From the NCBI GenBank assembly GCA_030141605.1, contig JAQGDQ010000141.1, forward strand, positions 434,001 through 498,000: a stretch of 64,000 bases of DNA, read 5' to 3'. Source of the stretch: Tubiluchus corallicola. Its lineage: Eukaryota; Animalia; Priapulida. The position numbers were made by a program, and so were the translations under genes. The notes beneath the pieces were generated by a model. It was not told where the DNA came from. It saw nothing but the letters and a program-made list of their open reading frames with translations, and did not search any database. Below, one piece after another: positions 53,801 to 64,000 of the stretch. Numbering within the stretch: position 1 is the stretch's first letter; each line of letters starts with the position of its first letter.

Positions 53801-56800
53801 GCATAGCATTAGTAGATTGCAATTTTATCTAAGATAAATGTGACATGTTTTTTTGCTGATCTAATTGTTTCTTGTAGGTGAATGGAGGTGTGATTCTGGT
53901 GACTGTGTACAAAACGAGTTTATCTGTGATGCATTCAGTGACTGCATGGATGGCTCAGACGAAGCAAACTGCAATGGTAACTGTTCGCGTTTACTAGCAT
54001 GAGACACTTTTGTATTAGACGTTAATGAGTGCAAAAATTTCATGAGTGCAGTTATTTGTTAAAAATTTCTTTAGTTTTCCACATCAACTCAGTTGTAAAC
54101 ATTATCATTATCTTAGTAACAGTTTAAACAAATTAGGGAATGAAGTTTTTTTGATTACTTGAGAATTTGCTGGAAAAGATATGATTTGATCTACAGAATA
54201 AAGACAGGTAGCATGAGACTTAGAATAAATTATACCTGACAATTTTATCCAGTTACTAGATGATGTAATGCGATTTTTCTCCATAATTGTTTTTATATTA
54301 TTTAAATCCAACGTGAAATCTTATTACGTTCGAGATTAAAGTGCTTATTCATTTTCAATTCAATGAAGTTTAATGGTTTAATTGTCCATATTCCACATTT
54401 GTTAGACACCTGCATTTTCAAATATGATGCACCTATGGGAACATTCACGTCAGTAAACTATCCTGAACCGTATGAACCTTTTTCGAATTGCAAATGGACA
54501 ATCCAGGTGGATTCTGGATCTCGAATTGCCTTGACGGTAAGTATTTTGTTACCGATTTGTAGTTTCTTACAGTGTTTTCAAGTGCAAGTAGTGCTCTGCG
54601 AGTCTGAAGATTTTGTTTCGAGACGCGATCCAGATATGGGGAATTTTATGTCATTGAGATGGATATAACTGACTGATCGATAAACGAGATTTAGTAAAAT
54701 CTTGCGAGATAGAAACTTAACAGTGCTGTGCACAGTATTTTAAACTATAATTAATTGCACAAATAATAAGTCAGAACTATTTAAAAAGCTTTATTTTCAT
54801 TGTTAAAAAGACAGTTTTTTTAACGGTTTCAAACCGAGGCAAAAAATTAATAATAATTATCGCACAGACAACTTCAGTTTGCATTTTAGACTTTTTCAGT
54901 CCTAACTTCATCATCAACGTTATACATGGAAATTAATTTTGGGAATGAGTTTACACTTCCTCTCACAATTTAAATGCCCTAACTCTAATCACTGACCCTA
55001 ACCGCCATCGCTAACCCTAACCTAAATCCCAACCCTAATCCTAATCCTACCCTAACCCTAATCTGCTTCACGAACTAATTTCGTGTATGTGGGGGAACTG
55101 TAAACTTTAGCCTAAATTTGCTGAAAATACATTTTTTTTTCTGTTAAACAATGTTAAACGCTGTTGTACGCTCCTGCAGTTTACTAAAAATTTTCAGATA
55201 TACAACCATTTTTCAGGAAGCATTACAATATTATTTTGTAATTTTTGTTTTGCTTTATCGTGTATATATGTCACACCTAGCAATGAAAACACTGAATGCT
55301 GATGGCTGTAAGTATACAAGGTGGTGGCAACCTGTCAAACACAAAGTTTTTATTTAATTTTTACACAGATTCTGCAGTGATTAATAGAGGAAAGAATTGG
55401 CAGATTCATGTTGAAATTCCAACTCTACTTTCTGAAATTCTTTAAAATTCGAGAGTTTACTCTCGATCTCCAACTATAATCTGCATGTATAATCTGGAAA
55501 TTTGTCTTGAAGTCTCAGGTCTGAGTGGTTTGAAGTCTCACACATAACAAAATGCAAGTGCCTGTATGAATTTATCTATAGACAAAACTACAACTATAGT
55601 TCAATGTGACCAAAAGCGAGACCTTTTTAGGCTTATCCTTTTTTGCAATTTCTAACATTGAATGTGCTGCCAGATTGATGGCACAATTGCTGTATGACCT
55701 CTGGTACCTACAATTGGTCAAATCTGGATCAACTTTTAAGTTTGGAGTGGTGAAAACTATTTAATAAATAGTACTGGCATTTTTATGAATGCCACTGCAT
55801 GTGTATTCCTGATGTGTACTCTCCCCCTGTGAAGCAAACAGGCAGAGTTAGCAGACCCAGAATAAGTGTAGAACTTAAGTATAGTCACAAACTGTCAAGT
55901 CTCAAGTCATTTATTTCACACAACACATTACAACAGTTTTTATGTGAAACAATACGTACAGCGAAAAAGCTTACAATGAATGTACAGTAAACTCCGCATA
56001 ATTCAAATACAACTGGTCCGAAAAAAACTTCGAGTTAGGCGATGTTTACCATTTTCTAGCATAGAAACTCTAAACCCCTCCTCCAGACAGCGAGCTAAAT
56101 AGAAGGCAGACAGTCAACCCTTCTATACATAAACGATAATTTTGATGACACTTACATAAAGAATAACAACAAGTGATGTAGCGAAACATGATTTTTTTGT
56201 GTTACAAAAGGACACATACACAACACTGTTAAACAATTTGACAGTGGGGCTACCAATGTCTTGTAAGGTGCAACTTCTAAGACATCAGAATTTTTCTGGA
56301 AGACGATGCTGTTTTTGAGTTGTAGGAAACTTTTTATTTTTCTAGAGTATCAATTGCCTTTTTGAGTTAGGCAAAGTAAATTACATGTATTTTGATTAAA
56401 TGGACCATAATTTCTTATTTGAGTTGGGCAAAATTTTTAGTTAAGCAATGTCTTTTTGTGGGAAAAACGAAGGATTTCATCAGTTCCACTGACATTCTTT
56501 GAGTTAGGCGATAATTTGAGTTATGCGGAGTTTGCTGCAGTACAATGTGTTTACAGTTTTTGAAAAGGAAAGGTTGCAAAAGCTGTTTACCGACCAGGCT
56601 TACAGTGGCTGAACATTCGTTGTGAAGCATATGACCACTCAACTGTTCTTCCCAGAACATTGTTTCTACTGTGTTGTTGTAACTGTTGCTGCTCAGACAA
56701 ACAGAGAAGTAACATTTAGTATTTTAACAGATGCTTTCCTGCATGTTTTCAGTTTGACGACTTTGTGACTGAGTATGGCTACGATGTCTTCACTGTTTAT

Positions 56801-59800
56801 GATGGCGCGCCATCACCAAGCACCGTGATTGGCAGGTATTCTGGCGACTTGAATCCTATACCTGGAGATAATGAAACCGTTGAAGTGCCACTGACAACAT
56901 CGAACGTCATGACTGTAACGTTCACCTCGGATGCCACATTCCAGTTGACCGGTTTCAGTGTATCATGGGAAGCAAGTAGGTTTCTTCTTTTTCTGTTTTC
57001 CTGGTCTGAGTTTGCAGTATACGCTGTGAGTAAAGTTTAGTGGTTGCTGAAACGTTAAATGGTAGGTTAACTGAATTAGTACAAGCATTTCCACCAAGCC
57101 TACCAGTACAAGTGTACAATGATGTACAGTGGGTGCCACTTAATAGACTCACTTTGGGATGGAAGTGTTTTGACCCAATTAACTGACTGAGTCAATTAGC
57201 CAACGGGTTTAGTATGCTGCTCATGTTCACGCAAAACACCTTGTCACCTAGTGCTTGAGCTGCATTTGGTACGCTTGTTCTTCCCGCGAAAAGCAAACCG
57301 CTTTGCAAGTGTTTAAATGCTTCCAGAAACAACAAGGCTAATTGCAGAGGATAACCGGGTGACAGATTCAAGGCAAAACCGCTAGGCCCACATATTGTCA
57401 CATATGATAAACGTGCTGTACTTGCTTACAAACAAAGTTCAACTTAACGTATATCATACAGCACAGAGTCAATGTAAAGATAACATAAAAGTAGTAAAAG
57501 CTGTTTGTGCACACACAAGTGTCTTATTTTTAGTATGTGAAGGAAAAATATTGAGTCAATTATGCAGAGCTTTTTTAGTCAATTACCGACAGTTTTTACA
57601 TACATTTGAATAGGAGTGGCCTGTTCCAGGTGTTTTTGAGTCAATTAAGCAACTGAGTCTTTTAACTGTGAGTCTAATAAAGGGCACTTACTGTATTTGT
57701 TTTTTACTCTAGTATTTCGATTTGTTAGTCACTTCAAGAGATGACAAATTTGCAGAATTTCAAAAAAGTTAAAAAAAGCTGGAGATTTCTTAAAAGCCTG
57801 GAGATTTTACATCTATTTTAAATGTCTCTTTGTTAAAGAACTGGACTTAGTAGTATGCCACAAAAACAAAAGTTGCATTATTGCTTTTAACCACAAGAAA
57901 ACCCTCCACTTACATGAAGCTTAAAAAATGCGTCTCGAGAAATATACCACTTACATACTACCTTTTTGCATGAATGGCTTGCATTGGCCGTAACGCTCTA
58001 TAAAACGTGTAAATTTAAACTCCCACAATGACTGTTAGGTGCAGCCATTTTAATGGTAGGTTGTTTGAAACAAGTTTTGATAACATTAAGTAAAGTTTGA
58101 AAAAATAGTCAAAGCATTCGTAGCATACATTTTGCTAATTAAGTAAAATTTCGAATTACTGTATCTTGTTAATATGATTAATAATACATTTTTGACAAGT
58201 GAGTGACGCACTCTGGAGGGTGAGTCAGCGACATTTTACCAATTGACATAAACATTTTAAATTATTAGTCTAGTTAGATAAGTTTTTTCAGCAGGTAAGT
58301 GAAATGCTAAGTAATGTAGATTTGCACGGAAAGTTTTTTGGGACATAATTTAACATTGCTTTTTCTTCCCTTGATTTACGTGGCATAGTGACGTCATGTA
58401 ATGGCGCCATCGGAACAGTATTGCGGGATATTTAAAATGAAAACAAACGAAAATTCCTTTCGACGCAAATACGATATGTGCATAAAGTTGCTGTAAGGTA
58501 GTATAATTTTTTAAGGTGATTTTTCTGAAATGTACTTCAGGTGCCCCTTTTCTTGTCCTTTAAGCACAATTTTCATTTGACTCATTATTCCACAATGTAT
58601 TTTTTTTATTTTAGTTCCTGCATGCTTTGAGAGATTAACTGCAACAGTTGTCGATCAGAGAATTACTACGCCTACAGCTCCAAATTCGAATAAATACCCC
58701 AACAATGCTGAATGTGTATGGATCATTACAGCACCAGAGGATGAGATCATTACTATATATGTATGTGTACATGTATTCTTAATATTTGTTTATTAAATTG
58801 TTATGTTTACTCTTGCTGTGCATTAGGGCTGTAACGATACGCCCAAGTCACGATACGATACATGTCGCGATACTAACCTTATGATACGATACATATCACG
58901 ATACACATTGAGTTAATGTTTGTAGGCTTTAATAAAAAAAACTAGATTAAGCTGTTCGTATATTATATGTATTATATTGGCTTTATCATACAATTTTAAA
59001 ATTGATAAGTGCTTAAATAATTTAGCAAACTGTTTGATTTCTGTTTATACTCTTGCATTATTTGCATTGTAAGCCACCATAAATTCAAAACATTTCAATA
59101 CTTTTGATTTAAAATATGCTGGTGCCTTTTTTTAGTTCATAAGCAAAAACGTAATTAGCCTACTATAGACAATTATAGACACATTTTGCTACCAACTACT
59201 TCGCTTTGGCTGGCTGCTAGGAGCAAGTCTGGCTATGTCAAGGTCAAGCTTTCTATATATGCTGAACTGATTGTCATGCTACAGCTGTAGCTTGAATTAT
59301 TTCACACTGTTTTTATCGGTGGACATTCTAGCTTGTGCTAAGTATCAGTGATTCACATTATATAGATACTGGTGTATTTTGATGATACACGTATCGTTAG
59401 AAATGGTATCACGATGCATCGATGTATCGTTACAGGCCTACTGTGCATTGTATTGTTTGCATGGGATTGTGGGGTGGGTTTCTGTTTTTTGGCAGTTTTA
59501 GCTTGCAGAGAATTGCAAAACAACAAAGTATTAATTTTTAGAATTCAATTTTGTTGGCTGCTGATATGAATAAAAAAAACTGCCTTTCCAAGGCATTTAT
59601 TGAACACAAATAATCAATAGATTTCGCGAACTACCCAACTCTTTTGCAACTCTTCTGCAGCCACAATCCAGCAATTGCCTAAAACATTGACGTGACTGTG
59701 TTTTGTTATTCAAGTCGAATCATTTGCGCAGTGTTCTAAATAATTTTATTTTGCGAATTTTGAGATTATTTCTATGACAAAAAACATGACATTGAAAAGA

Positions 59801-62800
59801 GTTCACAAAAAATTTGCGGGCGTGTTTGCGCACAATTGCCATTTGTGTGACCTCTCTGTTGTAAGGTTAGCATTTGTTATTCTTGAGATAAAACCTTTCT
59901 TCTAACGAAAACATGTTGACTTGTATAAAATATTAATAATAATAATAACAATAGTTTATTCTTAAAAACACACTCCATCTGAAGATCTCGGTGCTTTTCA
60001 CAACAAAATTAAAGGAGATAAAAAATCACACAATCAATTGCAATAAAAGTAATTATGCAGTTACAAGTTAAAAAGAATAGCTATGTGTGATACTGAATAT
60101 AGTATTTACAATAATTGTTTTTTTGTACAGTTTGAAATGTTCCGAATGGCTGACACGGGTGATGTTGTTACTCTGCGAAATGGAGGTAGCAGCACGGCAA
60201 AAATAATGGGACAGTACTCTTCAGGACCTGTTACGGAAATGCAAACTCTTTTATTTTCTACTGGCAACCAGATTTACATTCGCTTCGCGACTGACGGATC
60301 CGGCACAAATCTGGGATTTCAACTCGTTTATCGAACAGGTTAAAAACAAAACTTCTTAAAAACCGGATTTAAAAGCTACGACAGTTGCCAATCGGCTATG
60401 CAGTAAAATGAAGTCATACGGAACTCATGCCCTTTGTAGTTATGTGTAATTGATGGATATCTTGAATATTGAAATCATTTTATGGTTCAGTAATGTTTAG
60501 GGATGTCATGAAGCTCTGCCAGAACCGATTCAGGTCAATCTGCTGAAATTCTATGTTACTTTAGATTCGACCCGATTTGGCAGAGTTTTTAAAAAATTCA
60601 GTTTAGCTTCGACAGCAGAGGCAATTCGGTAGCACTTCATTAAAAAAGCAACTATACATTCTTTTACCTTTATTTTTTCTGCAGGTTCGACAATTATTAT
60701 AAAATGAGATCTGGATTCGATGATTTCAGATTCCTGACTGTTGATCCATCAGCTAAAACTTCGTAGCAATTAAACTGGGCTTCGCTAATTATCTTTCTTT
60801 ATTTTATGGTTTTTTGATTCGTTAATTTCTTATTTTCTGATGTAGGGTGTGTCGTCGCATTCGAAAGAGACCGGACTAGGATTTTTACACCGGGTTATGA
60901 CTATGGTGAGCCTTATCCCAACAATGTAGTTTGCACTTGGAACATAAACAATATGGGAGGGCGATGGACATTACGCTGGGATGATTTTGAAACGGAACGT
61001 AATCTAGATATTGTAACGGTTAGTGAAGTTTTCAGGTCTTTGTGTAACATTTGTGAATTTGTTAAACATGCTAATCATAAAGTTAGTTTATTATAAACTG
61101 TTAGTTTTACTTAGTTTATTTCCATAATGTCATAATATAATATACTGTTACATACATTATATTATAACTTATTACCATTACAAACAAAGCAAAAATTAAG
61201 TTTCACAAGATACTGAGATATGAGCTCAGGCCAAGAAGATAGACCTGTACAGGTTTGAAGAGAAGGGCAAAATGGAAAGAAAAGATTTAGGAGAGACGAA
61301 ATAAAATACGCAAGGAGAATGAGTACCAGGATGATGATGAGGGTAAAGATAATGAAGGTAACGATGTTAGAATATCCAAGGTGTTGATTTGGTGTCAGTA
61401 GAGGCAGCATTTGCTATAAGTAGGAAATCGAATTTTGTAATTTCTCAGTGCATGGGAACACCAAATATCTGCGGATGCTTCATTTTTTCAAACTCATGTG
61501 TGCACAGCTAGTGAATTGGCTCATATTTTGATCTAAATAAACTACGTTTGTCTTTACAGTTCCGAATTCAATTTAGAATTCTTTGTATCACCTATAAAAT
61601 GCTACGTGGTTTGGCACCTGCGTCGTACCTTACTGATCTTTTGATACACCACAACATAGGCCAAATACTTCGTTCTAATGCTAATGAATCAATTAATTTG
61701 CATTAGCCAATTACTAATACAGTATGTGCTCTGCATCTCTGGAATAACTTACCTGTTGCTATACATTCTACAAATTCACTAGATTTCGTTAAACATCGCC
61801 TTAAAACAAATTTGTTGAAATTGTACTTTTTATGATGTATTATTTTTAATTTTTAATGTCTTTTAAATTTTATATTTCTTATAAATTTTAAATGTATTTT
61901 ATTGTTCAGCGTGCTGAGATTTTAAATGATGTAGTGCGTTATATAAATTAATTCTACATTACATTACAGTTGACTTTTAAATAACTAGCAGTATCATAGC
62001 TAAAATTTTATATTATTGCAGGTTAACAATGGTATTGAAGACCGGTCCTTTTCTGGAGTTGTTAATAACACCGACTCCACTATGGTACAGTCTAACGCCG
62101 GTAGTTTCTTTGTGAGACTTTCTACGAATGATCGCTACACTTTCCCTGGGTTTACTGCCACCTGTTCAGAAGGTGTGTTCAGTAAGACATGAGCTGCTTT
62201 TATTAAGAAGAAAAGCAACAATGTAAAGTGCCGCATCATTTTAAAACAGTTTCGATAAAAAGATATGGCCTTTTGCAATGGGCGTGATTTTTTACAAAGG
62301 CTATGGCTTTATTGAAACTGTTTCGAAAGGACGTGGTTTTTCGTCTCGTCGTTGCTTTTTTTTCTTAATTGAATTGAGATTGCCAAGTTTCCTTGAATTC
62401 GCCTTGTCTTTTGCCTCCTTCTTATGCTGTCCAATGGCTATACTGTTGGTAAACAAAATTGAATGGAATTAAAATGTCCCCGAAGCAGTGATTTGACTGC
62501 TAGTGCCATTAGCGCCAGTATTTGCTGAAATTGCAAGTGATGGTAACTAAGCGATAGCTGCAGAAAATAACTGTTATTAACAATTAAATTTTAACGAGTA
62601 TGTTTGCTGTAGCTAAGCAACGAATGTTGTGTCACTCACAAGGCGCACTTATAGGATCAATTACCTGTTTATTATCCCGATTTTGTCCCGATTTTCAGTT
62701 CCGTGCTGACTTTCTGGACATTTTGTACTTATAAAAAACATTCAAAGGTTTGTTTTCCTTCTCTTCAAATTGCAAAATTTTCCTCCAGTTCATATTCTTC

Positions 62801-63605
62801 TAGACAAAATCTACAGTCGACAACATGGAGTCTCTTGGTGACTGTTTTTCGTGACTGCCGTTTAACAGATTTGAAAGTATCAAATATAAAGAAACTTCCT
62901 CGCCGAAAACGTTCAACTTTGGCCAAACAAACAATTAATTTTGCAAGTAAAACTAATTGCCATATTAGCAAACCCAGTCCATAGTTGTAACAAAACTCAA
63001 AGTTTTTTATGTACTGGTAATTTTATAAAATAGTTTATGACGGTCATAATTTGGTAGTACAGGTCATCGCCGACGACCTATACGACATATGACTGTTCCG
63101 ACCCGACCACAACTTAATTAGTTAATTATACAAAACCAACTATAACTCATATTACCTTATATTTTTTAGAAAAGTTATTTTTACATCGTTGCCTGTTTTG
63201 AGAAATTTGTCGTAGTGGCCTCTATATTTAGTGCATGTACACACAACGTCTTGCTTGTAACGGTGCACCACATGAACCTATGTTGAATATGCGAGTACGA
63301 CTTCTATCCAATTTATCTTACGACCAATCTTTCACAAGCAATTGTGGACGTAAGTCAACGACTACCTGCAATTTAGACCAAAATGTGAGTCAACGGTGAG
63401 GCAAGTTTAAAAAGTTTGTTGTTTTCTCCGTTTTTAGATTGTGACGAGGTTGTAGTACCAGAGTATGGATCTGTGTCAAGCTATGACAAACACTACGGTG
63501 CCCGAGTTTATTACTGGTGTGACACGGGTTATGTGCTAGCCGGGGCGGACATGCGAAAATGCTTGTACGGGGGAGTTTGGAGCAATCCTACACCAGAATG
63601 CAGAC
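44780..63605 (+). CDS. uif: Uninflatable-like large extracellular protein (signal peptide, CLECT, LDLa, CUBx3, sushi/CCP...); 3'-partial, continues past the window
   Basis: Phase-consistent exons: 44780-44842, 47278-47326, 47627-47711, 49893-50008, 52546-52623, 53031-53183, 53878-53976, 54406-54536, 56753-56975, 58615-58760, 60131-60338, 60846-61018, 62022-62172, 63438-63605. Domain order CLECT-LDLa-3xCUB-CCP matches the N-terminus of Drosophila Uninflatable. The symbol is inferred from architecture only. Confidence 0.85.
45803..46019. mobile_element. MITE with ~40-bp TIRs
   Basis: ttaagtggcgtttatgtagcatctggaatgcgtatgcgttat / ataacgcacacgcattccggatgtctggcaaacgccacttaa. Confidence 0.75.
46390..46870 (-). 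mobile_element. Decayed RTE-X-like LINE 3' fragment
   Basis: EKYLGHVISD..DDLDITRQKR..GNKLITRF..SYCSSLY on the minus strand; AATAAA + (AAATC)n tail. Confidence 0.65.
47278..47326 (+). CDS. uif-like exon (QTLPFVENRIKFECPD)
   Basis: tttacag / gtaagt; completes CPDGW. Confidence 0.8.
47627..47711 (+). CDS. uif-like exon, C-type lectin (GWIKYGDKCY..NWPEANATCQ)
   Basis: tgctag / gtaaga. Confidence 0.88.
48750..49593. mobile_element. CR1-type LINE 3' region in two oppositely oriented, overlapping pieces
   Basis: + strand 49135-49593: IDSNLDFKQHI..KAHQKLTLIKR, LKELGL..RRNRNDMIQVYRTLHGID. - strand ~49050-48750: FSHRIINA*NSLPS..ARLDKDW. About 90 bp are shared as an inverted repeat. Confidence 0.75.
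49893..50008 (+). CDS. uif-like exon, C-type lectin (GGALVPIE..YWWMG)
   Basis: ttgtag / gtaagt. Confidence 0.88.
52546..52623 (+). CDS. uif-like exon, C-type lectin (..MWSTGESASVYD)
   Basis: ttttag / gtaagt; phase 1-1. Confidence 0.82.
53031..53183 (+). CDS. uif-like exon, C-type lectin end (GFWDRSQP..WVVTNCEDSKPFIC)
   Basis: ttacag / gtatga. Confidence 0.9.
53320..53754 (+). mobile_element. Kolobok-type family 2 copy (partial)
   Basis: Similar to the reverse complement of 43152-43620; ends cgggttttct followed by ttaa. Confidence 0.6.
53878..53976 (+). CDS. uif-like exon, LDL-receptor class A (WRCDSGDC..CDAFSDCMDGSDEANC)
   Basis: ttgtag / gtaact; DCxDGSDE motif. Confidence 0.92.
54406..54536 (+). 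CDS. uif-like exon, CUB1 N-half (GTFTSVNYPEPY..CKWTI)
   Basis: gttag / gtaagt. Confidence 0.92.
54935..55119. repeat. Small element with inverted ends and a degenerate (CCCTAA)n core
   Basis: agtttacacttcctctcaca / tgtgggggaactgtaaact around ccctaa-like repeats and a cacgaa..ttcgtg stem. Confidence 0.65.
55985..56537. mobile_element. Tc1/mariner (pogo/Tigger-like) MITE
   Basis: ta|cagtaaactccgcataattcaaat / atttgagttatgcggagtttgctg; repeated ttgagttaggc subterminal motifs. Confidence 0.8.
56753..56975 (+). CDS. uif-like exon, CUB1 C-half (FVTEYGYD..FTSDATFQLTGF)
   Basis: ttttcag / gtaggt. Confidence 0.92.
57127..57693. mobile_element. Tc1/mariner (pogo/Tigger-like) MITE
   Basis: ta|cagtgggtgccacttaatagactca / tgagtctaataaagggcacttactg|ta. 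Confidence 0.8.
57890..58559 (+). mobile_element. Kolobok-type family 1, copy E
   Basis: Colinear with copy A; ends ccccttttcttgtcct|TTAA. Confidence 0.85.
58615..58760 (+). CDS. uif-like exon, CUB2 N-half (YPNNAECVWIITAP)
   Basis: ttttag / gtatgt. Confidence 0.9.
58824..59440. mobile_element. hAT MITE
   Basis: TIRs tagggctgtaacgatac / gtatcgttacaggccta; perfect 8-bp TSD ctgtgcat; cgatac subterminal repeats. Confidence 0.88.
60131..60338 (+). CDS. uif-like exon, CUB2 C-half (STGNQIYIRFATDGSGTNLGF)
   Basis: gtacag / gttaaa. Confidence 0.92.
60846..61018 (+). CDS. uif-like exon, CUB3 N-half (TPGY..YPNNVVCTWNI..FETERNLD)
   Basis: tgtag / gttagt. Confidence 0.9.
61540..61968 (+). mobile_element. 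L2-type LINE 3' fragment
   Basis: RIQFRILCITYKMLRGLAP..YLTDLL..LRS..LWNNLP..LKT; (ACATT)n tail. Confidence 0.75.
62022..62172 (+). CDS. uif-like exon, CUB3 C-half (FSG..STNDRYTFPGFTA)
   Basis: ttgcag / gtgtgt. Confidence 0.88.
63060..63368. mobile_element. Decayed Tigger-like MITE
   Basis: ta|caggtcatcgccgac / gtaagtcaacgactacctg. Confidence 0.5.
63438..63605 (+). CDS. uif-like exon, sushi/CCP (YWCDTGYVLAG..C..GVWSNPTPEC)
   Basis: ttttag / gtatgt. Confidence 0.92.
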
Positions 63606-64000
63606 GTATGTTTTTTACGTATTAACTGACTTATTTATAAACTTTAAAATGTAGTGAATCCAATAAATGACATAAGCATATTTCTGACAGAAAATTTGTT
63701 TTTACAATAAAAAGTTTATACAGGATGGAACAGAAAAAACGTACAGAAGTTTAGACAACAGTAATATTAGAAGCGAGTGCTCTAGAAAGTTGAAATTTCA
63801 CTACTTGGTGTAATGATACATTAACTTTTGGCTACAAAATTTACAAGTTTATAGTTTTAGTGGTTTTTAAGTTACGACTGAAAAGCTTTTGCATGTTAAA
63901 TACTGGAACAATGTCAGCTAATCATCAACTCAATTCATTTGGTAAATGTCTCTCTCTATCTACTGGTATTGTGCCAGACATTCTTAAGAAAGCCATTGTT

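Noticed and set aside
54977-55061. True telomere or chromosome-fusion scar
   Set aside because: Short, degenerate, single orientation, and enclosed by inverted arms inside an intron.

Overview
AT-rich genomic DNA from an invertebrate animal with GT-AG introns; the taxon cannot be fixed from the sequence. There are two + strand multi-exon genes. (1) A complete PIWIL2/Ago3-clade Piwi gene: 18 coding exons at 4490-31843, 917 aa by my splice reconstruction, intact DEDH slicer tetrad. (2) The 5' part of an uninflatable-like gene (signal peptide, C-type lectin, LDLa, 3xCUB, sushi; 44780 to beyond the window end). Introns and intergenic DNA are full of decayed LINEs, Kolobok, hAT and Tigger-type MITEs, a SINE and a solo LTR. 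The most unusual feature is in the piwi gene: its exon 7/intron 7 junction is amplified into 41 tandem 36-bp copies, giving an array of 5' splice sites in which only the first yields intact protein. A diverged, frame-preserving duplicate of piwi exon 17 is also present. All exon boundaries and alignments were done by eye and need RNA-seq or alignment confirmation.
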